A stretch of 63,310 nucleotides of DNA, the filler included, from Octopus bimaculoides (taxonomy: Eukaryota): assembly GCF_001194135.2 (NCBI RefSeq). It is 3 parts of 3 records of this genome, joined end to end, with 100 filler letters (N's around TTAATTAATTAA, not from the genome) between each part and the next. Parts side by side here need not be neighbours in the genome. Positions count along the whole stretch, not along the records: positions 1 to 30,801 come from NC_068981.1; positions 30,902 to 61,257 come from NC_068986.1; 1 more part is not named here. The stretch is one strand, 5' to 3'. Under the pieces are notes generated by a model. The model saw only the letters and a list, made by a program, of their open reading frames with translations. It had not been told where the DNA came from and searched no databases. Below are positions 24,588-35,292 of the stretch, piece by piece (position 1 is the stretch's first letter; every line of letters begins with the position of its first letter). The translations under genes were made by a program, and so were the position numbers.

Positions 24588-24719
24588 TCGAAAAATACCT
24601 TAGGAATGAGAACCCAGGTTCGAAATTTCCCCCAAGACACCTGATGAAGGCTGGAGGGTATATCAGCCGAAACGTTGTGTTAACAACAAACAAGATGTAA
24701 ATAATGTAAATAATGTACC
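24476..24719 (+). mobile_element. SINE family D copy 2
   Basis: Same head, (AAT)n and tail as copy 1. TSD ccttaacttctc / ccttaacttgtc. Confidence 0.88.
24636..24681 (+). ncRNA. Minimal type I hammerhead ribozyme motif, core intact
   Basis: gacac-CUGAUGA-a-ggcug[gaggguauau]cagcc-GAAAC-GUU/gugtt. Stem I 5 bp, stem II 5 bp, stem III is the palindrome ACGU. Predicted cleavage after 24676. Confidence 0.75.
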
Positions 24720-25919
24720 CCTTAACTTGTCCAGTCAAATGAATTTAATAATATTAAATATATTTCCAATTTTACTATTCATGAAAAGGAGTCATACGTT
24801 ATTGAATTCTGAATTGTTGAATAGGAGAAACGTAGAAATGACTTTCTATATTCTCCAAGGGCGTTAGTGAGGCAAGTGGAGTTTAAAATTACTACAACCT
24901 ATAATCGAAACCAAAGCAGACTTTTCGCTGAGATTTTATTGCTATACTACTTTGTAGCAGTATGAATATCTCATGTGATCATCCTGAACTTAGGAACGAT
25001 AAAAATGTATTTGTATGGTAATTTTGAAGTAGGTTGATTTAACGTCTTTTTAAATAGTAGATTTGAACTATTGTTGAACTTAGAGTGGGTTATTCTACAG
25101 AACAAAGACAAAAATCAAAAGATCTGATGTTGATTTTTTTTCAACGTATGTTATTTAAAATGCTAGAAACTTTTGATGTTTTATTGTTATGGTTCATTGG
25201 CCGTATAAATAAACTTTGATAAATATGTCAAGAAAGAGATAATATAAAGTAACTGTGCGCATGTATATGTGTACACACGCACGCACACACACACATGTTC
25301 ATATTATAAAGCCAACAATTTTTTCTATTGTATTGACATATCTAGATATAGAAAATATCATTGAAATTAATATTTCCGAAAATACGTTCACACAAAGTTT
25401 TCAAAACGATACAAAATTAGTTAAATTCAAAGTTTACTATATTTAATAAAAAGACAACTAATTGTCATGACTTAAAATCTCTGTTTCTAATTGTTGTAAC
25501 GTTTCTTATGTATATTTTTTCGTTATCCACAGACATCACTAATAGGTGAATACAAAATATCTTAGATTACACTTCCTCTTAGTGTTCTTTTTGCAGGAAA
25601 TAAGAAAAAAGAAACGTTCATGCACTGGAAATATTTCCTTAGTTTACTTTGAATTTAACTAATTTTGGATCGTCTTAAAAACGTTATGCTGGCACATATT
25701 TTCGGAAATATCAATTTCAGTGATGCTTTCTACATCTAAATATATTGATACAATAGAAACAATTGTTGGCTTTATAAGGTGAATTCTACATTGAAGATGT
25801 AATTTTTTCTATACGTATTTTTGTTGTTAATACTCTGAATTTCTTGAAATTCTTCTAAATGATATTTGAATCTACTTGTCATAGATAAGGAATCACCTTG
25901 GATGAGTATTCTACTCCTA

Positions 25920-26030
25920 CGCCTAACATATATATATATATATGCGCCTAACATATATATATATATATATGCGCCTAACATATATATATATATATATATA
26001 TATGCGCCTAACATATATATATATATATAT
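25920..26030. repeat. Compound minisatellite gcgcctaaca(TA)n x4, running into a gap
   Basis: Directly visible. Confidence 0.85.
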
Positions 26031-26612
26031 NNNNNNNNNNNNNNNNNNNNNNNNNNNNNNNNNNNNNNNNNNNNNNNNNNNNNNNNNNNNNNNNNNNNNN
26101 NNNNNNNNNNNNNNNNNNNNNNNNNNNNNNNNNNNNNNNNNNNNNNNNNNNNNNNNNNNNNNNNNNNNNNNNNNNNNNNNNNNNNNNNNNNNNNNNNNNN
26201 NNNNNNNNNNNNNNNNNNNNNNNNNNNNNNNNNNNNNNNNNNNNNNNNNNNNNNNNNNNNNNNNNNNNNNNNNNNNNNNNNNNNNNNNNNNNNNNNNNNN
26301 NNNNNNNNNNNNNNNNNNNNNNNNNNNNNNNNNNNNNNNNNNNNNNNNNNNNNNNNNNNNNNNNNNNNNNNNNNNNNNNNNNNNNNNNNNNNNNNNNNNN
26401 NNNNNNNNNNNNNNNNNNNNNNNNNNNNNNNNNNNNNNNNNNNNNNNNNNNNNNNNNNNNNNNNNNNNNNNNNNNNNNNNNNNNNNNNNNNNNNNNNNNN
26501 NNNNNNNNNNNNNNNNNNNNNNNNNNNNNNNNNNNNNNNNNNNNNNNNNNNNNNNNNNNNNNNNNNNNNNNNNNNNNNNNNNNNNNNNNTATATATATAT
26601 ATATATATATAT

Positions 26613-27010
26613 GGTGCGGCTGTGTGCTAAGAAGTTTACTTCCCAACGACATGGTTCCGGGTTCAGTCCCACTGCGTGGCACTTTTGGCAAGTATTTTCT
26701 ACTATAGCTTCGGGCCGACCAAAGCCTTGTGAGTGGATTTGGTAAACGGAAACTGGAAGAAGCTCGTCGTATATATATATGTATATATTTGTGTGTGTGT
26801 TTGTGTTTGTCCCACCACACCTCGACATCACTTGAGAACCGATGCTGGTGTGTTTATGTTCCTGTAACGTAGCGTTTCAGCAAAAGAGACCGATTAGAAT
26901 AAGTACTAGGCTTACAAGGAATAAGTCCTGGGATCGATTTCTTCGACTAAGGCGGTGCACCAGCATGGCTGCGACCAAATAAGTGAAACAAGTAAAAGAA
27001 TAAAAGAATA
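26613..27010 (+). mobile_element. tRNA/CORE-type SINE family C, near full length
   Basis: tRNA-like head, CORE-like ggcacttttggcaagt, internal (TA)n/(TG)n, and tail ...gaaacaagtaaaagaataaaaga. Confidence 0.88.
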
Positions 27011-27013
27011 TAT

Positions 27014-27202
27014 TGACCGTTGACTGGACACTATTCAATTTTTTTTCTCCGTGTTTTTCTCCTTGTCTCCGTATTCTTTCTGTTCAAGAGCATAGCTCGA
27101 AACGTCAAAGACTTTCCGTATTCCCGAGCGTCATACTAATACATCCTTTTGTTATTTACACCACCTGTCCTCGTCTGTTGTTGTTTTTTCGTATATTCTC
27201 CC
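27014..27202 (+). mobile_element. Solo PLE pseudo-LTR of the Neptune-like family
   Basis: Contains the hammerhead fossil. Its 3' ~80 nt align to the end of the element at 35293-35366. Ends in (TA)n. Confidence 0.7.
27075..27111 (+). ncRNA. Hammerhead fossil with a mutated core in a PLE pLTR
   Basis: tcttt-CTGTTCA-a-gagc[ata]gctc-GAAAC-GTC-aaaga. Stems are perfect; the core has two substitutions versus CUGANGA. Confidence 0.6.
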
Positions 27203-27220
27203 ATATATATATATGTATAT

Positions 27221-27257
27221 AGGCGCAGGCGTGGCTGTGTGGTAAGAAGCTTGCTTC
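27221..27257 (+). mobile_element. SINE family C head, cut off by a LINE
   Basis: aggcgcaggcgtggctgtgtggtaagaagcttgcttc stops abruptly where the consensus continues ccaaccac. Confidence 0.85.
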
Positions 27258-28410
27258 TGCGCATGCGTCGAGTTATTTGCTGTCTGGATTTTGTGAGAGT
27301 CGGACGTAGTTTTTGTGTTGCTTAGAAGATGTACTCAGACCTTAACGGGTCTGAGTTGTCGTCGTCGTCGTCGGAGCTGGTAAGGGCGGTCACAAAGATG
27401 GACGGGGTGTTGAAGACAAGGAGTTTTGCTGAAGCCACGGAGGCGAAGCGAAGGGAGCTGGATTTGGCTGGCCTGAAGGAGTATGAGAAGATGACTCAGA
27501 AGGTGGGCGACAGCGTGAGGTTGTCGCTTCCCAAAGGAATTATGGAGAGGATGGAAAAGAAAACGATCACCTAAAAGGTGTACTCGTTGAAAGGAAAACA
27601 GGCAGAACAGGTGGAGGCAGAAGTGGAAAAGGCGCTGAGGGAACGAACAAAGGAGATAACGTACATAACCACGGGAAGAAGATATGGGACAATGGTCACC
27701 CAATTTAGGACAGCAGAGGAGGCGAGGAGGCTGGCGAGTGTGGCAATGAAACAGAGGAAGTAGTGCTTCTGCCCACATACCTTGGAAGACTTCCAAGGTG
27801 AGGGTAGAAGCAATTCCACCGGATATATAAGTGGTTTGGGTAGCGGCAGCTGTCCTTGTTGAAAGCGAGAAGGTGGCTGTCCTCTAAGCCACAGAAACAG
27901 AAATAGGAGGGTGGAAAGGAAAGACACTTGAACTCATCATTCAGACGGAGGAGGATCAACTGGATAACTTGGCAAAGACGGTGACGTAGGGGGAAATCGT
28001 GCTGAGGGTGTGGGTAGAGGGCAGAGTACCACGTTGTTTTAAATGTGGCCAAAAGGGCCACGTTAGAGCATACTGACCTCTACAGAGGACAATGGCTGAG
28101 GAAACAGGGGAAGAAAAACACTGAGTCTGATGTGGTATCCCAGTCCAACTCCATCTCACCCAAGACTACTCAGACTCACCCTCCCCATACAGATACCAAA
28201 CCCACCCACAAGAAAACAAAAAAGAAAAAGAAGGAACAGACACCACAAAATTTAGAAGATCCTACCCCCGGTGAAAAAAGTTACAAATGCATGGCGGAGA
28301 GAATGATGTCACTAAGCGATGGAGAAAAGGATTGGACTGAGGGAGAAAAAGGACTTAGGACCCTAAGGCGGTGAGTGGTGTTACTCAGTGTGGGGTGAGT
28401 AGCACACTCT
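27258..28410 (+). mobile_element. L1/Tx1-type LINE 5' portion (5'UTR plus degenerate ORF1)
   Basis: ORF1 from ATG 27329 with stops and frameshifts. Zinc knuckle CFKCGQKGHVRAY* at ~28035-28076 (CX2CX4HX4C with the last C mutated to stop). Lys/Pro/Thr-rich C-terminal region. Confidence 0.7.
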
Positions 28411-29029
28411 TCATAATATCATTTTCAGATATCATTTATGTTATATTTTAATTTGTTTTTCATGTGTCATATANNNNNNNNNNNNNNNNNNNNNNNNNNN
28501 NNNNNNNNNNNNNNNNNNNNNNNNNNNNNNNNNNNNNNNNNNNNNNNNNNNNNNNNNNNNNNNNNNNNNNNNNNNNNNNNNNNNNNNNNNNNNNNNNNNN
28601 NNNNNNNNNNNNNNNNNNNNNNNNNNNNNNNNNNNNNNNNNNNNNNNNNNNNNNNNNNNNNNNNNNNNNNNNNNNNNNNNNNNNNNNNNNNNNNNNNNNN
28701 NNNNNNNNNNNNNNNNNNNNNNNNNNNNNNNNNNNNNNNNNNNNNNNNNNNNNNNNNNNNNNNNNNNNNNNNNNNNNNNNNNNNNNNNNNNNNNNNNNNN
28801 NNNNNNNNNNNNNNNNNNNNNNNNNNNNNNNNNNNNNNNNNNNNNNNNNNNNNNNNNNNNNNNNNNNNNNNNNNNNNNNNNNNNNNNNNNNNNNNNNNNN
28901 NNNNNNNNNNNNNNNNNNNNNNNNNNNNNNNNNNNNNNNNNNNNNNNNNNNNNNNNNNNNNNNNNNNNNNGTATGCATATATATATATATATATATATAT
29001 AAATATATAAAACAAATAATAAATGAGCA

Positions 29030-29215
29030 TATGCATATATACGTACAGGTATGTGCATACCTACGTCTACCTGTATAAATAGGTGCATATCTGGGTACAG
29101 GACATTGCAAACAAAACGTAGACAAAAAAATAATAATAACCGGAGTACAGAAAACACACAGGCCACATAGAGAACATTTTCCTTCATCAGCTACCCCCAT
29201 TCTAACACAGGCGTT
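29030..29215 (-). mobile_element. PLE-like pLTR fragment, paralog of 60930-61135
   Basis: Reverse complement matches gcagctgatgaagg...tctatgtggcc...gtacccag...tatgcatata. Confidence 0.5.
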
Positions 29216-29620
29216 TATATCAATAATAACAAAAGCAACAAAAATTCTCTCACACCTTGCGCCTACCTAACAACAGAGAAACACCTACAGGCTTGTTTAC
29301 AAAGTTCGACATGCATGAATAAATTCTAAACAGTAACATGACCTCAATTTTGATCAATTATATTTTTCAAAACACCTTTTCATAACAAACCAACCATAAA
29401 AACCAAATTACCTCCCCACTCAAACCCACCTGCCCAAAGATGACTTTAATTCAACAGAGGCTATACAAAGGCAAGACTAACTCCAATGCATCGCAGTCCG
29501 AAGATAGCTTAGCTGGCTGAAACTTCGAAGTTACTGTCAGCAACATTCTTGTATAAGAATAATAAATTTGTTCTCTACAACAAATGTATAGAGTAACCCA
29601 TCAGATTAATATAAAATTGT

Positions 29621-29639
29621 CTTTGTTCCAACTGAACAT

Positions 29640-29687
<48 letters not shown>

Positions 29688-30215
29688 GTATATAAGAAAG
29701 GGAGATGACAAAGAAATAAATGGTTATCTTATGAACTTCATTAGCTTACCGCTGTTTCTGCTAGCAGCTGCAGTGGACTCATAGTTAAGCTCCTGAATAA
29801 CAACTATGAGTCCACTGCATCTTAAAGCAGAAACAGCTGTGAACTAATGAAGTTCATAAGATAATCATTTGTTCCTTTGTCATCTCTCTTTCTTATTACC
29901 GCTCTGTACTCAGCCAACACTTCGTGCTGAAACATACGTGCATTGAGTTCTACATCGGGTTCTTGGTCTTCCAATGCCGAAGAGAAATATATATACATAT
30001 ACTAGAGTAAGCACATAAATGTGGAACGAGGTTGGAAACAATAGTACTCAAATACCGGAGGTAGAATAATATGTTTTATTAATAAAGCTGCAAAAACATC
30101 ACAAAAAACTGTTACTCAGAGTTTCCTTTTCCCGTTTGTCGGAAGGTTTTCTTTGTCATCTCCCTTTCTTATATACATATATATGTGTGTGTGTTTATGT
30201 TCAGTTGGAACAAAG
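29621..30215. repeat. Nested inverted repeats
   Basis: Outer arms 29621-29716 / 30148-30215. Inner arms 29694-29786 / 29802-29894. Confidence 0.8.
30000..30150 (-). mobile_element. PLE-like pLTR fragment of the CCGAUGA-hammerhead family
   Basis: gagtaagcacataa...agtactcaaatacc.gaggtaga.taatatg... is shared with 32145-32295. Confidence 0.65.
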
Positions 30216-30349
30216 GTTCTCAACCAAAATTGTCCAACGAACGGGAAACTCTGAGTAACAGTTTTTGTAGCTTTATATATATATACACACGCACATTATA
30301 TTATATATTTTACATGCGTACTGTATATGAATATAAAATACTTATATTT

Positions 30350-30550
30350 TTTCTACTCCAGGCACAAGTCCCGAAATTTTGGGGGAGGGGGCCCAGTCGA
30401 TTAGATCGACTCCAGTACGCAACTGGAACTTAATTTATCAACCCCGAAAGGATGACAGGCAAAGTCGGCCTCAGCGGAATTCGAACTCAGAATGTAAAAA
30501 CAGACGAAATACCAATTTCTTTATTGCCCACAGGGGGCCAAACATAGAAT
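30350..30550 (-). mobile_element. SINE family B copy plus a variant-tail fragment
   Basis: ggcacaagtcccgaaattttggg...aaagtcggcctcagcggaattcgaactcagaa, followed by atttctttattgcccacagggggc. Confidence 0.75.
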
Positions 30551-30801
30551 GGTACAAAACAACTGATTGGGATCAGTAATGCGAATGGTTTACATAAATA
30601 TGACTTTAAAAATTTTATAAAATATAAAAATCGAATGATATTAACAGTACGTTAGACAACAAACATGAAGCGATGATCAGGCCACGCTCCGACCCCACAA
30701 GCCCCGATCTATCGCTGGCACCTTTTTTTTTCTGACTATTCACACGGTTCCTTGCACGCACAACACTCGTGCAACATGCTTCCATCTCTTTTGGAACGTA
30801 C

Positions 30802-30901
30802 NNNNNNNNNNNNNNNNNNNNNNNNNNNNNNNNNNNNNNNNNNNNTTAATTAATTAANNNNNNNNNNNNNNNNNNNNNNNNNNNNNNNNNNNNNNNNNNN
30901 N
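30802..30901. other. Artificial scaffold-join spacer
   Basis: N44 + TTAATTAATTAA + N44 = 100 bp. Confidence 0.9.
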
Positions 30902-31080
30902 GATGCTGGTGTGTTTACGTCCCCGTAACTTTGCGGTTCGACAAAAGAGACCGATAGAATAAGTACTACGCTTCCAAAGAATAAGTCCTGGGGTCGATTT
31001 GCTCGACTAAAGGCGGTGCTCCAGCATGGCTGCAGTCAAATGACTGAAACGAGTAAAAGAGTAAAAAAGTAAAAAGAATA
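30902..31080 (+). mobile_element. SINE family C 3' half
   Basis: gatgctggtgtgtttacgtccccgtaac...ggcggtgctccagcatgg...gtaaaagagtaaaa. Confidence 0.85.
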
Positions 31081-31084
31081 TATT

Positions 31085-31256
31085 GGTTTCAAATTCTGGT
31101 ATAAGGCCAGTAGTTTTGGGGAGGGGCTAAGTCGATTAAATTAATGCTATTGTTCAACTAGTACTCATTTTATCGACCCCGAAAGGGTAACAGGTGAAGT
31201 AGACCTCGGCGGAATTTTAACTCAGAACGTAAAGATGGATGAAATACCGCTCAGCA
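31085..31256 (-). mobile_element. SINE family B, degenerate
   Basis: tatcgaccccgaaagggt...gacctcggcggaattttaactcagaacg. Confidence 0.75.
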
Positions 31257-32144
31257 TACATGAATATGCATCTCAAAAACTTATGTAACAGACCACAAAC
31301 CATATTATTTAGAACTTTCAATATTCTTACATTCACAGAATCGTGTTGAGAATCGATGAAATACCTTGTGATTTTTAGTTTAAATTTCATGTACAAATTC
31401 CACCAGTCAAAGACGCTTTTCATCTTTCCGAGATTGTTAACTTAAGAACCAGTCCCAATAAAATTTATACAATTGATCATAAGCATTTTCTTCTCCATGA
31501 TTTGTGACTTTGGACTTGTATCAGAAATTAATATCTTTTTTATAAGTTGTTAACTAGTTTTGAACTACTGACCATTCCATAAATTTCTATATTCCCTCTA
31601 ACTAATGTTACATAGCTTTCGATTTGTCACAGAAATCGTTTAGAAACGTACGATTTCGACAGGATTACCGAAGAAATCTTTTGTCATACGCTGCAACAAT
31701 TTTTTGGCTATACGAGTGAAAAGATGCGGACAGAGAGTGTTTTCAACAAAACTGGTTCTCTTCATCTTTGGCTCATTTATAATCACATATGTTGTCTCAT
31801 TCTGACGTTTTATACATCAGACGATACCAGAATATATCATATGGATTTATATATTTATCAATAAGTTTTCGAGGTAATTTACATAACGAAATGAAACAAA
31901 TTTGAGGTTATAACATAAAAATGCTGTCTGTAGAAGTCTAGTAACAGATACGCATATAGAATGTATTGATTCACATTGTCTGTAGTATGTTATATAATTT
32001 TCTTTAATACATAGTCATACATGCAGTATGACATATGCGTATACGTTATTATGCATATAATTAATCTTAAATACATACATGTACGCATACATTCATTTAT
32101 ACACACGCATATATTTACACACACACGCACACACATATATATAC

Positions 32145-32295
32145 ACCGGAGTAAGCACATAAGTGTGCAACAAGGTGGAGAAAAGAGTACTCAAATACCA
32201 GAGGTAGAGTAATATGCTTTATTTAAAAGCAGCAGAAATATAACAAAAAACTGTTAATCGGAGTTTCACGTTCCCGTTCATCGGACAGTTTAGTT
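32145..32295 (-). mobile_element. PLE-like pLTR fragment of the CCGAUGA-hammerhead family
   Basis: Paralog of 30000-30150. Abuts (TA)n/(CA)n. Confidence 0.65.
32248..32291 (-). ncRNA. Hammerhead-like motif with a CCGAUGA core variant
   Basis: Reverse complement aaactgt-CCGATGA-acg[ggaa]cgt-GAAAC-tccga-TTA-acagttt. Paralogs at 30104-30150 and 30225-30265 have GTA at the cleavage triplet. Confidence 0.55.
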
Positions 32296-34228
32296 AGAAA
32301 CGGGGGAGAAATGGCGATGCAATCAAAACTAATATAAAATTAAAACACATGGATCTGTTTCATTGGTTGTTTCAAATAACGGTCTTAGGCATGCATACCT
32401 AAGACCGTTATTTTAAATNNNNNNNNNNNNNNNNNNNNNNNNNNNNNNNNNNNNNNNNNNNNNNNNNNNNNNNNNNNNNNNNNNNNNNNNNNNNNNNNNN
32501 NNNNNNNNNNNNNNNNNNNNNNNNNNNNNNNNNNNNNNNNNNNNNNNNNNNNNNNNNNNNNNNNNNNNNNNNNNNNNNNNNNNNNNNNNNNNTATATATA
32601 TATATATATATATATATGCATATGTGCGTGTGTGTGTTTGTGTGTGTGTAGAAAGAGAGAGAGAGATAATGGTTCAAATAAACAAATAAACACGCTTGAG
32701 CTTGATATATTAAATGCACATACATATATATATAGATAAATATATATAGGAATATAACAGGGAGAAACAAAACTGAAAATATTCAGATGAACATTCATGT
32801 ATGAGCACATAGATATTTGTATATTTACAGAACAGAATTATACGGTGTACAAAAATTACAGAGAACTAAGGGGAGAGAGCATGGTATTTCAGGTCCAACA
32901 GCTGTTTCTAGGGGCGCGGAATTGCGTAATAGTTGTAATGTTGGCAGATGGAGCGTGCAAAAGGTCAAGAATATGCAACCAGTAGTGGAGACATTAAACA
33001 TTACAATAAATTCGAGTTCCGTTTTCAGAGTGGAGAGATTGACATCTTACGTTTCAGATGATAATGCAGGAAATTTAAAGGTAGAAAGGGGAAGAAGGCA
33101 AATAGAAGTAGGTGGAATAAGCAAGCAGACAGTTCAGGGGACAAGAGGAAGGGAAAGAAGTGATAAGAGAGGCAGAGCAGGATGAGGGGGTGTGAGCAGG
33201 GTATTGAGAGAAGTAGAAGTGGTGAGTCATGTGACGAGTGGGAAAAGGTGAGATGGATAGTATTGTGAAAGGTGGCGTCGTTGTTGAGTTTGACAGAGAT
33301 GTTATTAATCAGGGATAGTGGAAGCTATAGAACAGAGAAGAGGTAAGATGAGAGATGAGAGAGGCGGGTATTAAAATGGAAGGAAGGTGTTTACTTATAG
33401 ATGCTGATTAAAAATCAGTAAAAATACTGAAGTATGTAGAAATATATGAGAATTAGTAAGAGGTGGACAGAGAGGGAGAAAAGGAGAGATATGTTGGTAG
33501 CAATGGCAAGAGGTAGATAGTGCTAAATGGTTCTCGTTGAAGATGAAGCTAGAGGAAGTGGGGAAGGAATTCGAAGTATGAGGACGGAATGGCGGTAAAG
33601 GAGGATGTGCTAGGTGGGAGAAATGTGAGAAGAGAATCAATATATATATATATATANNNNNNNNNNNNNNNNNNNNNNNNNNNNNNNNNNNNNNNNNNNN
33701 NNNNNNNNNNNNNNNNNNNNNNNNNNNNNNNNNNNNNNNNNNNNNNNNNNNNNNNNNNNNNNNNNNNNNNNNNNNNNNNNNNNNNNNNNNNNNNNNNNNN
33801 NNNNNNNNNNNNNNNNNNNNNNNNNNNNNNNNNNNNNNNNNNNNNNNNNNNNNNNNNNNNNNNNNNNNNNNNNNNNNNNNNNNNNNNNNNNNNNNNNNNN
33901 NNNNNNNNNNNNNNNNNNNNNNNNNNNNNNNNNNNNNNNNNNNNNNNNNNNNNNNNNNNNNNNNNNNNNNNNNNNNNNNNNNNNNNNNNNNNNNNNNNNN
34001 NNNNNNNNNNNNNNNNNNNNNNNNNNNNNNNNNNNNNNNNGTATAATGACCTCAAGCCTTCCCGTGTAGACCCATCCATCATACTTCCATGCTTTAAGTC
34101 CTCCAAGGACCAGAAGCGGGAGATCTTATCATTCGTACTACCCTTGTCCCTTCCAGTTTATCTCTTTGTAAGGTTTTCTTTGAAATTCTAAACTCCAATT
34201 TCCCATCACAACATACACACACACACAC

Positions 34229-34270
<42 letters not shown>

Positions 34271-34299
34271 CCGCGCGCGCACACACACACATGTATATA

Positions 34300-34427
34300 C
34301 TCACAAGGCTTTGATCGGCTTGGGGACATAACAGAAGACACTTGCCCTAAGTGCTACGCTGTGGGAGCGAATCCGAAACCATGTGGTTGAGAATTAGGCT
34401 ACTTAACACACAGCCACGCTTGCGCCT
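34300..34427 (-). mobile_element. SINE family C 5' half
   Basis: Reverse complement of the head plus the CORE-like block. Confidence 0.8.
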
Positions 34428-35292
34428 TTATGCGTGATTTACCAACATAGGTGTAGATGCGTGCGTTAATGAATGTGTCTATGTGTGGCGTGTCATATAT
34501 TTCTTTAGAATTATTGGTGAATATATCTGAGAGATGTTTATATGCACTCTACAAATTCTTTTTCATATACCAATATATATCGTACGTCTTTGTTTCTGTT
34601 TATACTTTTAATGTGTACAGGGTCTTGTGTCTTTGTAGACGTGTGTCTTGAGTGCATAAATATGTATGTATGTATGTATGTATATATTTATGATGTTTAA
34701 ACTTTTAGAAAGTATGAAAGAATATTATAATAGCAGTTTAAGTTTCTTGACGCAAGTAATATATAATATATGCTATATAGATTCATTAAATATGCAGTGG
34801 CTTGAAATAGGTGATTAAAATCATAAAGTAAGTATTAGTGGTAAGGAAAAAGGGAGACGAGAAACGAAAATTAAGATTTAGTGTTGTATCTTTCTAGGTC
34901 ATCTAGATTGCAAAGAATTTTAAGGTACGAATGTGTGTGGGTGGGTGTGTGTTCGCGCGCGTGCCTACGTCTGAGCATCTGCATATGCAATGCTTTTTTA
35001 CGCTTAAGTTCATGAGCACACTCACACACACATGCACACACATATACACGTATTTACAGATGGATGGAAAGACAGACAGATTTACATACAAACACACACA
35101 CACACACACATAAATTTATAGAAATAAACATAGATACAGGTAAAGAAGACGATACATATGTACACACACATTCATATAAATATAGATATATGGATTCATA
35201 TAAATAATTATATATGTGAATGTACATATGTATATTTATGTATATATATATCTGTCTATCCATCTATATATATATATATATATATATATAGT

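Noticed and set aside
31260-31720. Degenerate RTE-like coding remnant
   Set aside because: Too many stops and no convincing motif.
32880-33640. Purine-rich stretch as a LINE endonuclease remnant on the minus strand
   Set aside because: Only vague motif hints (SET, SAP); not enough to call.
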